A stretch of 64,000 nucleotides of DNA from Thermodesulfobacteriota bacterium (GTDB lineage: Bacteria > Desulfobacterota_D > UBA1144 > Nemesobacterales > Mycalebacteriaceae). The position numbers and the translations under genes were made by a program. The notes under the pieces are model-generated. The model was given only the letters and a program-made list of their open reading frames with translations. It had not been told where the DNA came from and did no database searches. Where the stretch lies: NCBI GenBank assembly GCA_965226585.1, contig OZ245366.1, positions 384,001 through 448,000 of the forward strand. The letters are read 5' to 3'. Shown here in pieces: positions 20,173 to 30,153 of this stretch (within the stretch, counting starts at the first letter, position 1; the number at the start of each line of letters is the position of its first letter).

Positions 20173-20834
20173 CTTGCGGGTTCTCCTGTGTAAAGTTTGT
20201 TTCTTTTGATAAAATCCGCCACTTCCGGCGGAACGAAACCTTCAAAATCTTCGCCGTTTTTTATTCGTTTTCTTATTTCCGTTGATGAAATATCGGGGGA
20301 ATCTATTTCCGCGAACAACAGTTTTGATCCGCTTTTGTGATTGAAGTAAACCGTTTCCATACCGCTTTTATGATATCGAAAATCCTCTCTGATTTCAAAG
20401 GGCGGTCCGCTGTTTCCCTCCGCGCCCGCTCTTGATATTACGGCAACGTTTGTGATTTCAAATATCTCTCTGAAATTCTTCCACTTTGTTATGTCCGCGA
20501 AAAGCTCTTTTCCCATTACAAACCACAGAGAGCCGGATTTTCCGGAATTTTTCCACACGCGCAAAGTGTCCACAGTATAAGAGACGGATTTTCTTTCCGC
20601 TTCAACCTCAGAAACTTCAACCCCTTCAATATCAGCAGTCGCAAGCCTCAACATCTCAAGCCGCCCGGCGGCGCCGGCGCCTGAATCGCCTCTCTTCAGC
20701 GGGTTTCTGTAATTCGGCACAAGAACAACCCTGTCGAGAGAAAGTATTTTTCTGATTTGTACCGCCGCGCTTATGTGCCCATTGTGAACCGGGTCAAAAC
20801 TTCCACCAAGCAAAGCGGTTTTTTGTTCAGTCAA
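20169..20834 (-). CDS. nadD: Nicotinate-nucleotide adenylyltransferase
   Basis: GGSFDPVHNGH, SYTVDTL, ISSTEIR. Confidence 0.95.
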   Translation of the reverse strand: MTEQKTALLGGSFDPVHNGHISAAVQIRKILSLDRVVLVPNYRNPLKRGDSGAGAAGRLEMLRLATADIEGVEVSEVEAERKSVSYTVDTLRVWKNSGKSGSLWFVMGKELFADITKWKNFREIFEITNVAVISRAGAEGNSGPPFEIREDFRYHKSGMETVYFNHKSGSKLLFAEIDSPDISSTEIRKRIKNGEDFEGFVPPEVADFIKRNKLYTGEPAR

Positions 20835-21940
20835 AATTCCGGATATGCCTCCACAATTATTGTTCCGTCAATCTTCGGGGTTTTCTCAAAAGTTAATTTC
20901 ACGGCTTTTTTTACGGTATCCGTTTTCAGAGCCGCCACCATGTCCGTGCCGTCTCCGCCTATTATCAGCGGAGAGTAGAAAAAGACCATCTTGTCCGCGA
21001 TTTTCTCCTTTATTGCCGAAGCCGCCATTTTGCCGCCGCCTTCAATCAGAACAGACCGTATTCCGCGCGAGTACAGCTTTTTCATCAAATCCTTCAAAAC
21101 AATTCCGCCCCCGGTGTTTTTTCTCACCCTCAACACCTCCGCGCCCAGAGACTCAAGCGCGTCCGCCTTTTTCCCGTCCGCTCCGCTCTTTGCGGCAATA
21201 ATCACATTTTCCCTTCCAAGCAGTTTTGCCTTCGCGGAAACTCTCAAGCTCGAATCCGCAACCACACACGCGGGCTGACGGGAGGTTTTCACAAGCCTCA
21301 CATCCAGACGGGGGTTGTCTTTTTCAACCGTGTCAACTCCCACGAGAACGGCATCGCACTGTTTTCTCAGCGAATGCGCCATTTTTCTTTGAGACGGGTT
21401 TCCTATCCATTTTGAGTCTCCCGTACGGGTCGCTATTTTCCCGTCAATGGAGGCGGAGAGTTTCAAAATAACAAACGGAAGCCCCGTTTTCATGTTTTTG
21501 AAAAATGCCTCGTTTATTTTCTCGCACTGCGTTTTCAGAATACCTTTTCTGACGGATATGCCATTTTTTTCAAGAATCGCCGCCGCGTTTCCCGCTTCCG
21601 GGTTGGGGTCTTTACATCCCGTAAAAACCCCGGATATGCCGCTTTCCACAATCGCGTCGCAACATGGGGGAGTTTTTTTCCCCTTAAATCTCCGCGCGCA
21701 CGGCTCAAGGTTGACGTACATAGCCGCCCCGCGCGGCGAGTTCCCCTTCCGTTTGCAATCTCTGATGGCTTCTATTTCCGCGTGCGCGCCTCCGGCGCGC
21801 TTGTGCCATCCGCTTCCGATGATTTCCCCCTTTTTTACAATCACCGCGCCTACAAGCGGGTTCGGGCTCACCTCTCCCTCTCCCTTTTTCGCGAGCAACA
21901 GGGCGCGTCTCATAAACTTCTCGTGTGTTTTTGTGTCCAA
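20831..21940 (-). CDS. ribD: Bifunctional riboflavin deaminase/reductase
   Basis: PNPLVGAV, HAE, NLEPC...PPC, SIDGKIA, LIEGGG; TTG start at 21940 after the ftsY stop. Confidence 0.95.
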   Translation of the reverse strand: MDTKTHEKFMRRALLLAKKGEGEVSPNPLVGAVIVKKGEIIGSGWHKRAGGAHAEIEAIRDCKRKGNSPRGAAMYVNLEPCARRFKGKKTPPCCDAIVESGISGVFTGCKDPNPEAGNAAAILEKNGISVRKGILKTQCEKINEAFFKNMKTGLPFVILKLSASIDGKIATRTGDSKWIGNPSQRKMAHSLRKQCDAVLVGVDTVEKDNPRLDVRLVKTSRQPACVVADSSLRVSAKAKLLGRENVIIAAKSGADGKKADALESLGAEVLRVRKNTGGGIVLKDLMKKLYSRGIRSVLIEGGGKMAASAIKEKIADKMVFFYSPLIIGGDGTDMVAALKTDTVKKAVKLTFEKTPKIDGTIIVEAYPEF

Positions 21941-21947
21941 AACTTGC

Positions 21948-23144
21948 CTAACCTTTTTCGTCAAAAAGCGACCGCGCGAAACGCACGGGGTCAAACTCCT
22001 CAATATCTTCGGCTTTTTCACCCGTTCCCACGTAAGTAAACGGTATTTCAAACCGCTCCGCGATTGCCATTAAAACCCCGCCTTTCGCGGTTCCGTCAAT
22101 CTTTGAGAGAACTATACCGGTTACGCCGACCGCTTCGTCAAACATCTCCGCCTGCCGCACGGCGTTCTGCCCGGTTGTGGCGTCAAGAACCAGCAGAACT
22201 TCGTGCGGTGCGCCGGCTTTTGCCTTGCCGGCAATCTTTTTTATTTTCGCGAGTTCGTCCATCAAACCGGTTTTTGTGTGAAGGCGTCCGGCGGTGTCTA
22301 TTATTACGGAGTCGCATTTTTTCGCCTCCGCTGATTTCACCGCGTCAAACGCGACCGATGACGGGTCGGCTCCGGGTTTTCCCCTGACAAATTCACTTCC
22401 GCTTCTTTCCGCCCATTTTTCAAGTTGCTCGGCGGCGGCGGCTCTGAAAGTGTCAGCGGCGGCAAGAACAACTTTTTTGTTCCGCGCCCCGAACAGGGCG
22501 GCAAGTTTTCCGGCAGTTGTTGTTTTTCCCGTGCCGTTCACTCCAACCACCATAAAAACTCTCGGTATTTCGCCATCCTCAGGCTTTGCGGGCGTTTTTT
22601 TCAACAATTCCGCGATTTCTTCCATCAGGGCGTTTTTAATTTTTTCGTAGTCGGCATCGCTGTCAGAGCCCAGCCGTTTTTCAACGTGTTTTCTGATTTT
22701 CACTGCGGCGCCGGTTCCCGCGTCCGCAAGAATAAGCATCTCCTCAAACTGCTCCCACAACTCCCCGTTCATCCGGCCGCCGGAAACTATTTTCTCAAGT
22801 TTTGAAAGCAAACCGGAACGGCTTTTTTCAAGCCCCGCGACATTGCCGCCGGTTTTTGATTTTTCAGGCTCTTGCCCGGGCGCGGTTTTTCCCACGCTTT
22901 CAGCGGGTTTTATCTCTGCGGCATTTGAGGGGTTCGGTTCCCGTTTTTCGCCCGGCGAGGCGAGATGTTCCTGAGGACGGTCATCTTCAGTTTCCGCGCG
23001 GTTTTTTCCGTCCGCCCTTTTCAGCAGGAAAACCGTTACCGCCGTGGCAATCAGAACGCCCGCCGCGAACGGGAGGTATTTCAATACGGCTTCATTTTGA
23101 AAATGGAGGGAAAACTTTTTCAGTATTTGAAGCAGATCGTTCAA
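21948..23144 (-). CDS. ftsY: SRP receptor FtsY with N-terminal hydrophobic segment
   Basis: GVNGTGKTT, DTFRAAA, DTAGRL, KIDGTAKGG. Confidence 0.96.
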   Translation of the reverse strand: MNDLLQILKKFSLHFQNEAVLKYLPFAAGVLIATAVTVFLLKRADGKNRAETEDDRPQEHLASPGEKREPNPSNAAEIKPAESVGKTAPGQEPEKSKTGGNVAGLEKSRSGLLSKLEKIVSGGRMNGELWEQFEEMLILADAGTGAAVKIRKHVEKRLGSDSDADYEKIKNALMEEIAELLKKTPAKPEDGEIPRVFMVVGVNGTGKTTTAGKLAALFGARNKKVVLAAADTFRAAAAEQLEKWAERSGSEFVRGKPGADPSSVAFDAVKSAEAKKCDSVIIDTAGRLHTKTGLMDELAKIKKIAGKAKAGAPHEVLLVLDATTGQNAVRQAEMFDEAVGVTGIVLSKIDGTAKGGVLMAIAERFEIPFTYVGTGEKAEDIEEFDPVRFARSLFDEKG

Positions 23145-23150
23145 AACAGT

Positions 23151-23867
23151 TCAGACACCGCTTTTCCAGACGGCTTTTCCGGCAAAGAAGGGTCCCATCT
23201 CCTCTATATATACCGATGTTTGCTCCGTTTTCCTCATCGCCTGAACAACCGATGACAACGGGTGCAGGTTTTTGCCCAGAAGCCCTATCACGAAGTCGTT
23301 GTCATTTTTATCAATCCCGTGGCAGGCAAGCCGTATGTCTTTCGCGAACCCCGCTTCTCCGTATTTGAAGCCGAGTTTTCCGTGCTCTCCGAGAATTGCC
23401 CTCTGCCTGTCCTCTCCAAGCGTCTCAAAAGATTTAGCCCTGCGAAGCGGATACCACACCGCCCAGGGCCAGCCGGGGTCAAGGATTTTTCTTTTCGGCG
23501 CCTCAACAAGCGTTTCTTCAAGGTCGCTTTCATAACCCAGAGAGTAGGTTCTTCCGAACATGGAATACTCGCTTTTAAGTTTCATTGATTTGAACGGCGC
23601 GGCGCTCAAAACCGTCCTCAAATCGTCTGTGAAAAAGTTTTCATCCTCGCTCATAAAAACCGTTCCAATTCCAAAAGGGTCTGAAAGGTCGGCATAAACC
23701 GCGCCCTCAACTCCTTTTTTCTCAAGCGCGCGCCCGGCCGCAAGGGCATCAGCTCCGCCGAATGAGAGAAACTGAACAAACAGGCGCCTGTCGCTGTAAA
23801 CCGCCTTGCCGCTTTTTGAACGCCCCTTTTCCCTTATGTCAACTTTTGTGTTTTCCCCGTTTTTCAT
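23151..23867 (-). CDS. Chlorite dismutase / coproheme decarboxylase (ChdC/HemQ) family protein
   Basis: WYPLRR, ILGEHG, HGIDKNDNDFV, MRKTEQTS, GPFFAG. Confidence 0.75.
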   Translation of the reverse strand: MKNGENTKVDIREKGRSKSGKAVYSDRRLFVQFLSFGGADALAAGRALEKKGVEGAVYADLSDPFGIGTVFMSEDENFFTDDLRTVLSAAPFKSMKLKSEYSMFGRTYSLGYESDLEETLVEAPKRKILDPGWPWAVWYPLRRAKSFETLGEDRQRAILGEHGKLGFKYGEAGFAKDIRLACHGIDKNDNDFVIGLLGKNLHPLSSVVQAMRKTEQTSVYIEEMGPFFAGKAVWKSGV

Positions 23868-23916
23868 TCCGGATTTTCCCGAGGATTAATTTAACACGGT
23901 TTCCCGCCGCCCCTTC

Positions 23917-24534
23917 TTAAACCACCTTCGCTATTTTTGATATTAAATCGTCAATCTCGCCGGATTTAATCTTCATTCCCGCCTTGTTCACAACCAGCCG
24001 CGCGGTTATGTCTGCGATGAAGTCCACCTCCGCCAGTTTGTTTTCTTTTATCGTTTTCCCGCTTGCCGTCAGGTCTACAATCACGTCTGAAAGCCCCACA
24101 ACCGCGGCGAGTTCAACCGAGCCGTACAGTTTTATAACATCGGCGCGGATGTTTTTTTCCTCAAACCATTTTCCCGCGACTCGCGGATATTTTGTCGCCA
24201 CGCGCACGCCCCCGCCGCCCGGCAGTTTGTAGCCCTCAGGCGCGGCAACTATCATTCTGCATTTTCCTATGCCCAGATCCAGCGGCTCGTAAAGGTTGTT
24301 TTCCTGCTCCATCAGAGAGTCTTTGCCCACTATTCCGCAGTCCGCGACTCCGTGCTCAACGTAAGACGGCACATCGGTTGGCCGGACGACAAAAAGCATA
24401 AGGTCGTGGTCTTTGATTTCGTGTATCAGTTTTCTTGAACGTTTCGCGTCCTTTTTCATTTGGATTCCCGCTTTCTGGAGAATCTCAATTGACTCTTCAA
24501 AAAGCCTGCCCCGTGATACGGCGATTTTAATCAT
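23917..24534 (-). CDS. hisG: ATP phosphoribosyltransferase, short form
   Basis: RPTDVPSYVEHG, GIVGKD, VATKYP, GSVELA; ATGA overlap with the murA stop. Confidence 0.95.
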   Translation of the reverse strand: MIKIAVSRGRLFEESIEILQKAGIQMKKDAKRSRKLIHEIKDHDLMLFVVRPTDVPSYVEHGVADCGIVGKDSLMEQENNLYEPLDLGIGKCRMIVAAPEGYKLPGGGGVRVATKYPRVAGKWFEEKNIRADVIKLYGSVELAAVVGLSDVIVDLTASGKTIKENKLAEVDFIADITARLVVNKAGMKIKSGEIDDLISKIAKVV

Positions 24535-25787
24535 TCTTTTTCCCTCCATACGCGCGCGCCCAGCCGCTCCAGTTTTTTGTCCAGTTTTTCGTATCCTCTG
24601 TCAATGTGATAAACCCTGCTTATCTCCGTTCTGCCTTTCGCCGCCGCCCCGGCAACCGCCAAAGCCGCTCCCGCCCTCAGGTCGCCCGCCATAGTTTGCG
24701 CGCCCTTCATATTTTCCGTGCCACGCACAACCGCCGTGTTGCCTCTCAGTTTTATGTCCGCTCCCATTCTTTTCATCTCCGCCGAGTGCATAAATCTCTG
24801 AGGAAAAACATTTTCCGTTACGATGCTTACGCCTTTGCCCGCGCACATAAGCGCCATAAACTGCGGCTGTAAGTCGGTCGGAAATCCCGGATAGGGAAGG
24901 GTTGCCACATCCGCGCAGTCAACTCTTCCGTTCGCGCTCACGAAAATCCCCTCTCCGGTCTCTCTCACCTCCGCTCCGGTTTCCATAAGTTTTTCCGCAA
25001 GCGTTTCAAGGTGTTCGAGTCCGCAACCTTTTATCAGCGCCCGTCCGCCGGTCGCCGCAGTCGCCATCATCAGAGTTCCGGCTTCTATTCTATCAGGTAT
25101 GGCTTCGTAGTTTGCGAGCGGTTTCAAAGACGACACACCTTTTATCCGTATCACGTCCGTTCCGATGCCCGTTATGTTTGCCCCCATTTTGTTCAGCGCG
25201 CTTCCCAGCTCCGCCACTTCGGGCTCGCAGGCGGCGCCCCGGATAACCGTTTCCCCTTGCGCCAGAACGGCGGCAAGCATTATGTTTTCCGTTCCCGTTA
25301 CGGTTGACATCTCAAACGCCACCGCCGCTCCTTCCATCTTTTCCGCGGAAGTCTCAACGTATCCGTTTTCAATTTTTATGCGCGCTCCGAGAGCCTCAAG
25401 CCCTTTCAAGTGCTGGTCAATAGGCCTCTCGCCGATGGAGCACCCCCCCGGAAGGGAAACTCGCGCCCTGCCGAAGCGCACCGTAAGAGGCCCCAGAGTG
25501 AGAACCGAAGCCCTCATCTTTTTCACCATCTCGTATTTGGCAACCCAGTTGCCGATGCCCGCAGAGTCTATCAAAAGCCGCCCGCCGTCCCGCTCAACCC
25601 TTGCCCCGAGGTCGCGCAAAATATCCCCCATCACCCTCACATCCATAAGGTCCGGCACATTTGAGAAACTGTTTTCGCCGCTGTTCAGTATGCACGCCGC
25701 CATAAGGGGCAGGATGGAGTTTTTGGAACTGCTCACCGCAACCTCTCCCTCAAGTGGCTTTCCGCCCTCAATAACTATTTTTTCCAA
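24531..25787 (-). CDS. murA: UDP-N-acetylglucosamine 1-carboxyvinyltransferase
   Basis: SLPGGCSIGERP, PDRIEAGT, PGFPTDLQ, HIDRGYE. Confidence 0.97.
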   Translation of the reverse strand: MEKIVIEGGKPLEGEVAVSSSKNSILPLMAACILNSGENSFSNVPDLMDVRVMGDILRDLGARVERDGGRLLIDSAGIGNWVAKYEMVKKMRASVLTLGPLTVRFGRARVSLPGGCSIGERPIDQHLKGLEALGARIKIENGYVETSAEKMEGAAVAFEMSTVTGTENIMLAAVLAQGETVIRGAACEPEVAELGSALNKMGANITGIGTDVIRIKGVSSLKPLANYEAIPDRIEAGTLMMATAATGGRALIKGCGLEHLETLAEKLMETGAEVRETGEGIFVSANGRVDCADVATLPYPGFPTDLQPQFMALMCAGKGVSIVTENVFPQRFMHSAEMKRMGADIKLRGNTAVVRGTENMKGAQTMAGDLRAGAALAVAGAAAKGRTEISRVYHIDRGYEKLDKKLERLGARVWREKE

Positions 25788-26629
25788 GTTCCGGAAACCA
25801 CCCTTGTTTTTCCCCCGATGTCGTCCGCCGCTGATATGTCTGAAAAGCCGTTTTTGCTGAAAATTTCAGCGCATTTTTCCGCTTGTCCGTCACCCGTTTC
25901 CATAACGCACACGCCCCCCCCGCCCAGAACTCGCGGCGCGTCCGCAACAATTTTCCTTATGTGCTCAAAACCGTCATTTCCGCTCACAAGCGCCTCACGC
26001 GGCTCAAAAACACGCACGTCATCGGGAAGCGATTCAAACTCCCGTTCCGGCACATACGGAGGGTTGGAAACTATGATGTCCGCGCTCCCGTCCGCAAAGC
26101 GGCTGAGTGCGTCTCCAATCACAAAATTTATTTCCGTTCCGTGAAACAGGGCGTTTTGCCGAGCGATTTCAATGGCGGCGGGGGATATGTCGGAAGCGGT
26201 TACGGATATTTCCTCTCTTTCCTTTTTAAGGGCTATTGCTATACATCCGCTTCCCGTTCCAATGTCCGCAACTCTCAACTTCTCTCCGGCGGGGATGTTA
26301 CGGAGCGCGGTTTCAACAACGGTTTCCGTTTCCGGGCGCGGAATGAGCACCTCTGGGCTAACGGAAAAACTCAGCGAAAAGAACTCGCGCGTTCCCGTTA
26401 TGTAGGCGCACGGCTCGTTTTTCAAACGTCTCCGCACACAGTTTTCAAACTCCCTCGCGGCTTTCCCGCGCACGGAGGTTTGCGGGTCTGACACAATTCT
26501 GTGAGGAGGCTCGCCCGTTACCGAGCACAGCAGGACGGACGCTTCAAGCCCCGGATTTTCAAAACCTTTCGCCCTGAACTGCTCCCTTGTTTCGCGATAC
26601 AAAGCGCCGAGATTTGTTTGGGAATTCAT
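25775..26629 (-). CDS. prmC: Release factor glutamine methyltransferase
   Basis: VLIPRPETE, DIGTGSGCIA, SNPPY. Confidence 0.95.
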   Translation of the reverse strand: MNSQTNLGALYRETREQFRAKGFENPGLEASVLLCSVTGEPPHRIVSDPQTSVRGKAAREFENCVRRRLKNEPCAYITGTREFFSLSFSVSPEVLIPRPETETVVETALRNIPAGEKLRVADIGTGSGCIAIALKKEREEISVTASDISPAAIEIARQNALFHGTEINFVIGDALSRFADGSADIIVSNPPYVPEREFESLPDDVRVFEPREALVSGNDGFEHIRKIVADAPRVLGGGGVCVMETGDGQAEKCAEIFSKNGFSDISAADDIGGKTRVVSGTWKK

Positions 26630-26729
26630 TAAACAGACCGTGCCCGTGTCCGCCGGACAGGTAGATTGTATATGCGCCAAAGGTGTTTTCAAAACCTTAC
26701 GCGCCCGCCTTGCCGGTAGAATATAAGCC

Positions 26730-27407
26730 ATGACGATTGAGAGCCGCATCGCCCGTGTGAGGGAGAGGATTGCCGCCGCCGCGCGCGGGGCGGGTAGAAA
26801 CCCTGATGATGTGCTTCTTGTTGCCGTCAGCAAAACCGTGCCGCCTTCCGTGGCGGCGGAAGCCGCGCCGCTGTGCCATCTGGGCGAAAACTACGCGCAG
26901 GAACTGCGGGGCAAAATGGCTTTCTTTGAGGCAAACGGGGTGAGCGCGAACTGGCACTTTGTCGGGAGGTTGCAGAAAAACAAGGTAAAATACGCCGCCG
27001 GCAAATGCCGTTTGATACACTCGGTTGACAGCGCCGCGCTTGCCGCCGAGATAGACAGGAAAGCCGGCGGTTTGGAAACGGAGGCGCAGATTCTTATTGA
27101 GGTCAATCAAGACAGCCCTTCAAAGGGCGGAGTGAGTCCGGACGGGGCGCGGGAACTTATTGAGTTTGCCACCCGCCTTGAAAATGTGCGTGTCTGCGGT
27201 CTGATGTCTATGCCTCCGCACGCGCGGGAGCCGGAGAGTTCAAGGGGTTTTTTCAGAGAGATGAGAGATTTGCGCGACAGCCTTCTGCCCGATTTTCCGG
27301 ACGCCGTTCACCTTTCAATGGGCATGAGCGCGGATTTTGAGACGGCGGTTGAAGAGGGGGCGACTATTGTGCGGGTCGGCTCGCTTATATTCGGACGGAG
27401 AGATTAA
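26730..27407 (+). CDS. yggS: PLP homeostasis protein YggS
   Basis: VAVSK, GENYAQE, HFVGRLQKNK, LSMGMS. Confidence 0.95.
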   Translation: MTIESRIARVRERIAAAARGAGRNPDDVLLVAVSKTVPPSVAAEAAPLCHLGENYAQELRGKMAFFEANGVSANWHFVGRLQKNKVKYAAGKCRLIHSVDSAALAAEIDRKAGGLETEAQILIEVNQDSPSKGGVSPDGARELIEFATRLENVRVCGLMSMPPHAREPESSRGFFREMRDLRDSLLPDFPDAVHLSMGMSADFETAVEEGATIVRVGSLIFGRRD

Positions 27408-28232
27408 TTGGCGGAGATTGCTTTCATAGGGGCGGGAAAGATGGCGGAGGCGCTTGTGAGCGGAATCATAAGCGCGGGCGTTTTTGAACCCGGAAGTGTT
27501 GCCGTAAGCGATGTCTCTGCGCGGCGCGTGAGCGAGATGGAGAAAAAATACGGAGTCAGGATTGCGCCCGGTAACGTTTCCGCCGCGCAGGCGGACTGCG
27601 TGGTGTTTGCCGTAAAACCGCAAAACATGGCAGACGCGCTTAGCGATGTCCGCAATGCGGGGCGCGGCAATGATGCTCTGTTTGTTTCAATCGCGGCGGG
27701 AGTTCGCACCTCTTTTATCCGCGAGTCTCTTTCCGCCCGCAGGGTTTTCAGGGTTATGCCGAATCTTCCGGCAACAGAAGGCGCGGGGGCTTCGGCGATT
27801 TGCGGGGACGGGGAGAAGGGAGATTTTGAGACGGTGGAGAATTTGTTCGGCTCCGTTGGAGAGGTGGAGTTTGTTGACGAGGAGTTGATGGACGCCTTCA
27901 CCGCGCTTTCGGGAAGCGGCCCCGCGTTTGCGGCGGCTTTTGCCTCGGCGCTTGTGTCTGCGGGAGAAAAACTGGGAATACCGCCCGCCTCCGCGCGCAA
28001 GTTCGCGGTTCAAACGCTTTTCGGCTCCGCGAAGATGATGAAGGGCGGAATCTCTCCCGATGAACTTGAGAAAGCGGTTTCGTCTCCGGGCGGAACAACG
28101 GTTGAAGGGCTTGCCGCGCTCAGAGAGTCCGGCTTTCAATCGGCGGTTGAAAACGCGCTCCGTGCCGCCCGCAAGCGCGCGGGGGAGCTGTCTGCCGTCC
28201 AAAACAACGAAAAAAACAGGGGGAAAACATAA
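27408..28232 (+). CDS. proC: Pyrroline-5-carboxylate reductase
   Basis: FIGAGKMA, RVMPN, TALSGSGPA, VSSPGGTT. Confidence 0.96.
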   Translation: MAEIAFIGAGKMAEALVSGIISAGVFEPGSVAVSDVSARRVSEMEKKYGVRIAPGNVSAAQADCVVFAVKPQNMADALSDVRNAGRGNDALFVSIAAGVRTSFIRESLSARRVFRVMPNLPATEGAGASAICGDGEKGDFETVENLFGSVGEVEFVDEELMDAFTALSGSGPAFAAAFASALVSAGEKLGIPPASARKFAVQTLFGSAKMMKGGISPDELEKAVSSPGGTTVEGLAALRESGFQSAVENALRAARKRAGELSAVQNNEKNRGKT

Positions 28233-28411
28233 TGGTTGCGCAAAATATAGTTCTGGCGGTTGCCGATGTAACGGAGCTTATCCTTACGGTCTACACATGG
28301 CTCATAGTGGATCGCGCCGTAATGGTTGCGCAAAACATAGTTCTGGCGGTCGCCGATGTAACGGGGATTATCCTTACGGTCTACACATGGCTCATAGTGG
28401 CTCGCGCCGTT
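28232..28411 (+). repeat. 90-bp tandem duplication (2 copies)
   Basis: 28232-28321 vs 28322-28411; 6 mismatches by manual alignment. Confidence 0.95.
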
Positions 28412-28612
28412 GTTTCGTGGGTTGACCCCAGCCCGTACAACCCGATAGTGAATTTTCTCTACTCCGCCACCGAGCCGGTTCTGGAAAGGGCGAGGCGCGT
28501 GATACCTTCGCTCGGAGGGATTGACCTGTCGCCGCTTGCGGTGCTGTTTCTCTTAATCGCGCTCAGGCGCATTGTTGTGGCTACGCTCTACGGCATTGCT
28601 CAAGGGCTCTAA
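28232..28612 (+). CDS. yggT: YggT family membrane protein with duplicated N-terminus
   Basis: SWVDPSPYNP...TEPVL...GIDLSP; first 30 aa present twice. Confidence 0.9.
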   Translation: MVAQNIVLAVADVTELILTVYTWLIVDRAVMVAQNIVLAVADVTGIILTVYTWLIVARAVVSWVDPSPYNPIVNFLYSATEPVLERARRVIPSLGGIDLSPLAVLFLLIALRRIVVATLYGIAQGL

Positions 28613-28629
28613 AAACAAGGGGCGGAAAA

Positions 28630-29400
28630 GTGGCTCAAATCAAGGTGGGGAAGATTGTTGCGAACTACGAAACCGCCCGCGCGGAGCCTGCGGGGAGGTG
28701 CGTTGTTATGCTTCACGGCGCGGGGCAGAGCGCTGTGTGCTGGGAGAATCAACTCTCCGCCCTCGCAGGCTACACCCGTTTTCCGTCTCTCGCCCTTGAC
28801 CTTCCCGGACACGGCAAAAGCGGCGGCGAGGCGATGACTTCAATGGATGATTACGCCGCGTTTGTGGAGGATTTCTGCACAGCGGCGGGCATTTCAGAGC
28901 CCGTTCTGATAGGGCATTCAATGGGCGGAAGAATAGCCCAGATTCTCATTCCCGCCGGTAAAGTAAAGCCGCCCGGCTGTATGCTTGTTGCCACGGGGAC
29001 GCGAATACGAGTTTCCCGGTGGTCTCTCAAAACGGTGATGAGCGACTACGAAAATTTCTGCGCAACCGCCGCGCAAAACGCTTTTCCTCCCGCCGCTTCC
29101 TCCCGCGTCAGAAATGTGTTTCTCAAGCGGCTTCTGGCAACCCCGAAAGAGACAAGCCACTCAGACCTTCTCGCCTGCGACGGTTTTGACGCCACCGCTT
29201 CCGCCCGCGCGATAGACATCCCGGCCGTGATTGTTGCCGGGGAAAAAGACATACTCACGCCCGCAAAACACACGGACGGTCTTCACGCAAGCATAAAGGG
29301 GTCAAAACTGTTCACCGTTGAGGGGGCGGGGCATTTTATGATGATGGAAACGCCCGCCGCTTTTAACAAGATAATGCTGGATTTTTTGAACCTGCTTTGA
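28630..29400 (+). CDS. Alpha/beta fold hydrolase
   Basis: LHGAG, DLPGHG, GHSMGG, GAGH. Confidence 0.9.
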   Translation: MAQIKVGKIVANYETARAEPAGRCVVMLHGAGQSAVCWENQLSALAGYTRFPSLALDLPGHGKSGGEAMTSMDDYAAFVEDFCTAAGISEPVLIGHSMGGRIAQILIPAGKVKPPGCMLVATGTRIRVSRWSLKTVMSDYENFCATAAQNAFPPAASSRVRNVFLKRLLATPKETSHSDLLACDGFDATASARAIDIPAVIVAGEKDILTPAKHTDGLHASIKGSKLFTVEGAGHFMMMETPAAFNKIMLDFLNLL

Positions 29401-29489
29401 AGGGCGGTCTTTCGCCGTCATTCTTTGTTTGTTGGGTTTGTTTGTTTAGAATAAGGTTTCAATTCCACAACGCACAGGAGGATGCAATT

Positions 29490-30149
29490 ATGAAAATTTC
29501 TCTTTTGGGAGGCACCGGCGACATTGCCGAGGGTCTCGTTCTGAGATGGTCAAAAGCGGGGCATGAAATCTTTGTCGGCTCAAGGAATCAGGAAAAAGCG
29601 GACACCATAACCGCCGAATACGTTGAGAAGATAAAAGCCCTTGGTGTTGAGCCGAATGTTCACGGAATGGAGAACGCGCAAGCCGCGGAGAGTTCCGAGG
29701 TGATTGTTATAAGCATTCCGCCCGAATACGCGGCGGACACGATAGCGGCTCTTGCCGGCAGTATAACAAACCAGATTGTTATCACGCCCGTTGTGCCGAT
29801 GGCGAAAGAGGGCAAATCGTTTCTTTTTGTTCCGCCGTCACAGGGTTCAAGCGCGCTTGAGATAAAGGAGAAACTGCCGCCGACCGCGCGCTTGGTTTCC
29901 GCGTATCACAACCTTCCGGCAAAGGGTCTCAGCAATGTGGACAAAGATCTGGACGCAGATGTTGTTATCTGCGGCGATGACGAAGAGGCGAAGCAGGTTG
30001 TTACAAAACTGACCGGCGACCTTTCCGGCTTGAGAACGCTTGATGCGGGGCCGCTTGAGATTTCACCGATGATAGAGGCGATTACGCCGCTGATAGTGAA
30101 CCTCAACATACGCCACAAGAAACACTTCTCCGTGAAGTTTGTTGACTGA
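29490..30149 (+). CDS. npdG: NADPH-dependent F420 reductase
   Basis: LLGGTGDIAEGLVLRW, VGSR, SAYHN, DVVICGDD, DAGPL; SD GGAGG upstream. Confidence 0.85.
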   Translation: MKISLLGGTGDIAEGLVLRWSKAGHEIFVGSRNQEKADTITAEYVEKIKALGVEPNVHGMENAQAAESSEVIVISIPPEYAADTIAALAGSITNQIVITPVVPMAKEGKSFLFVPPSQGSSALEIKEKLPPTARLVSAYHNLPAKGLSNVDKDLDADVVICGDDEEAKQVVTKLTGDLSGLRTLDAGPLEISPMIEAITPLIVNLNIRHKKHFSVKFVD

Positions 30150-30153
30150 GCCG

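Noticed and set aside
20831..22051. Long N-terminal extensions on ribD (also cobQ, prmC, npdG, coaBC, methyltransferase) in the ORF track
   Set aside because: They overlap neighbouring genes or run upstream of a better-supported start; downstream starts fit family lengths.
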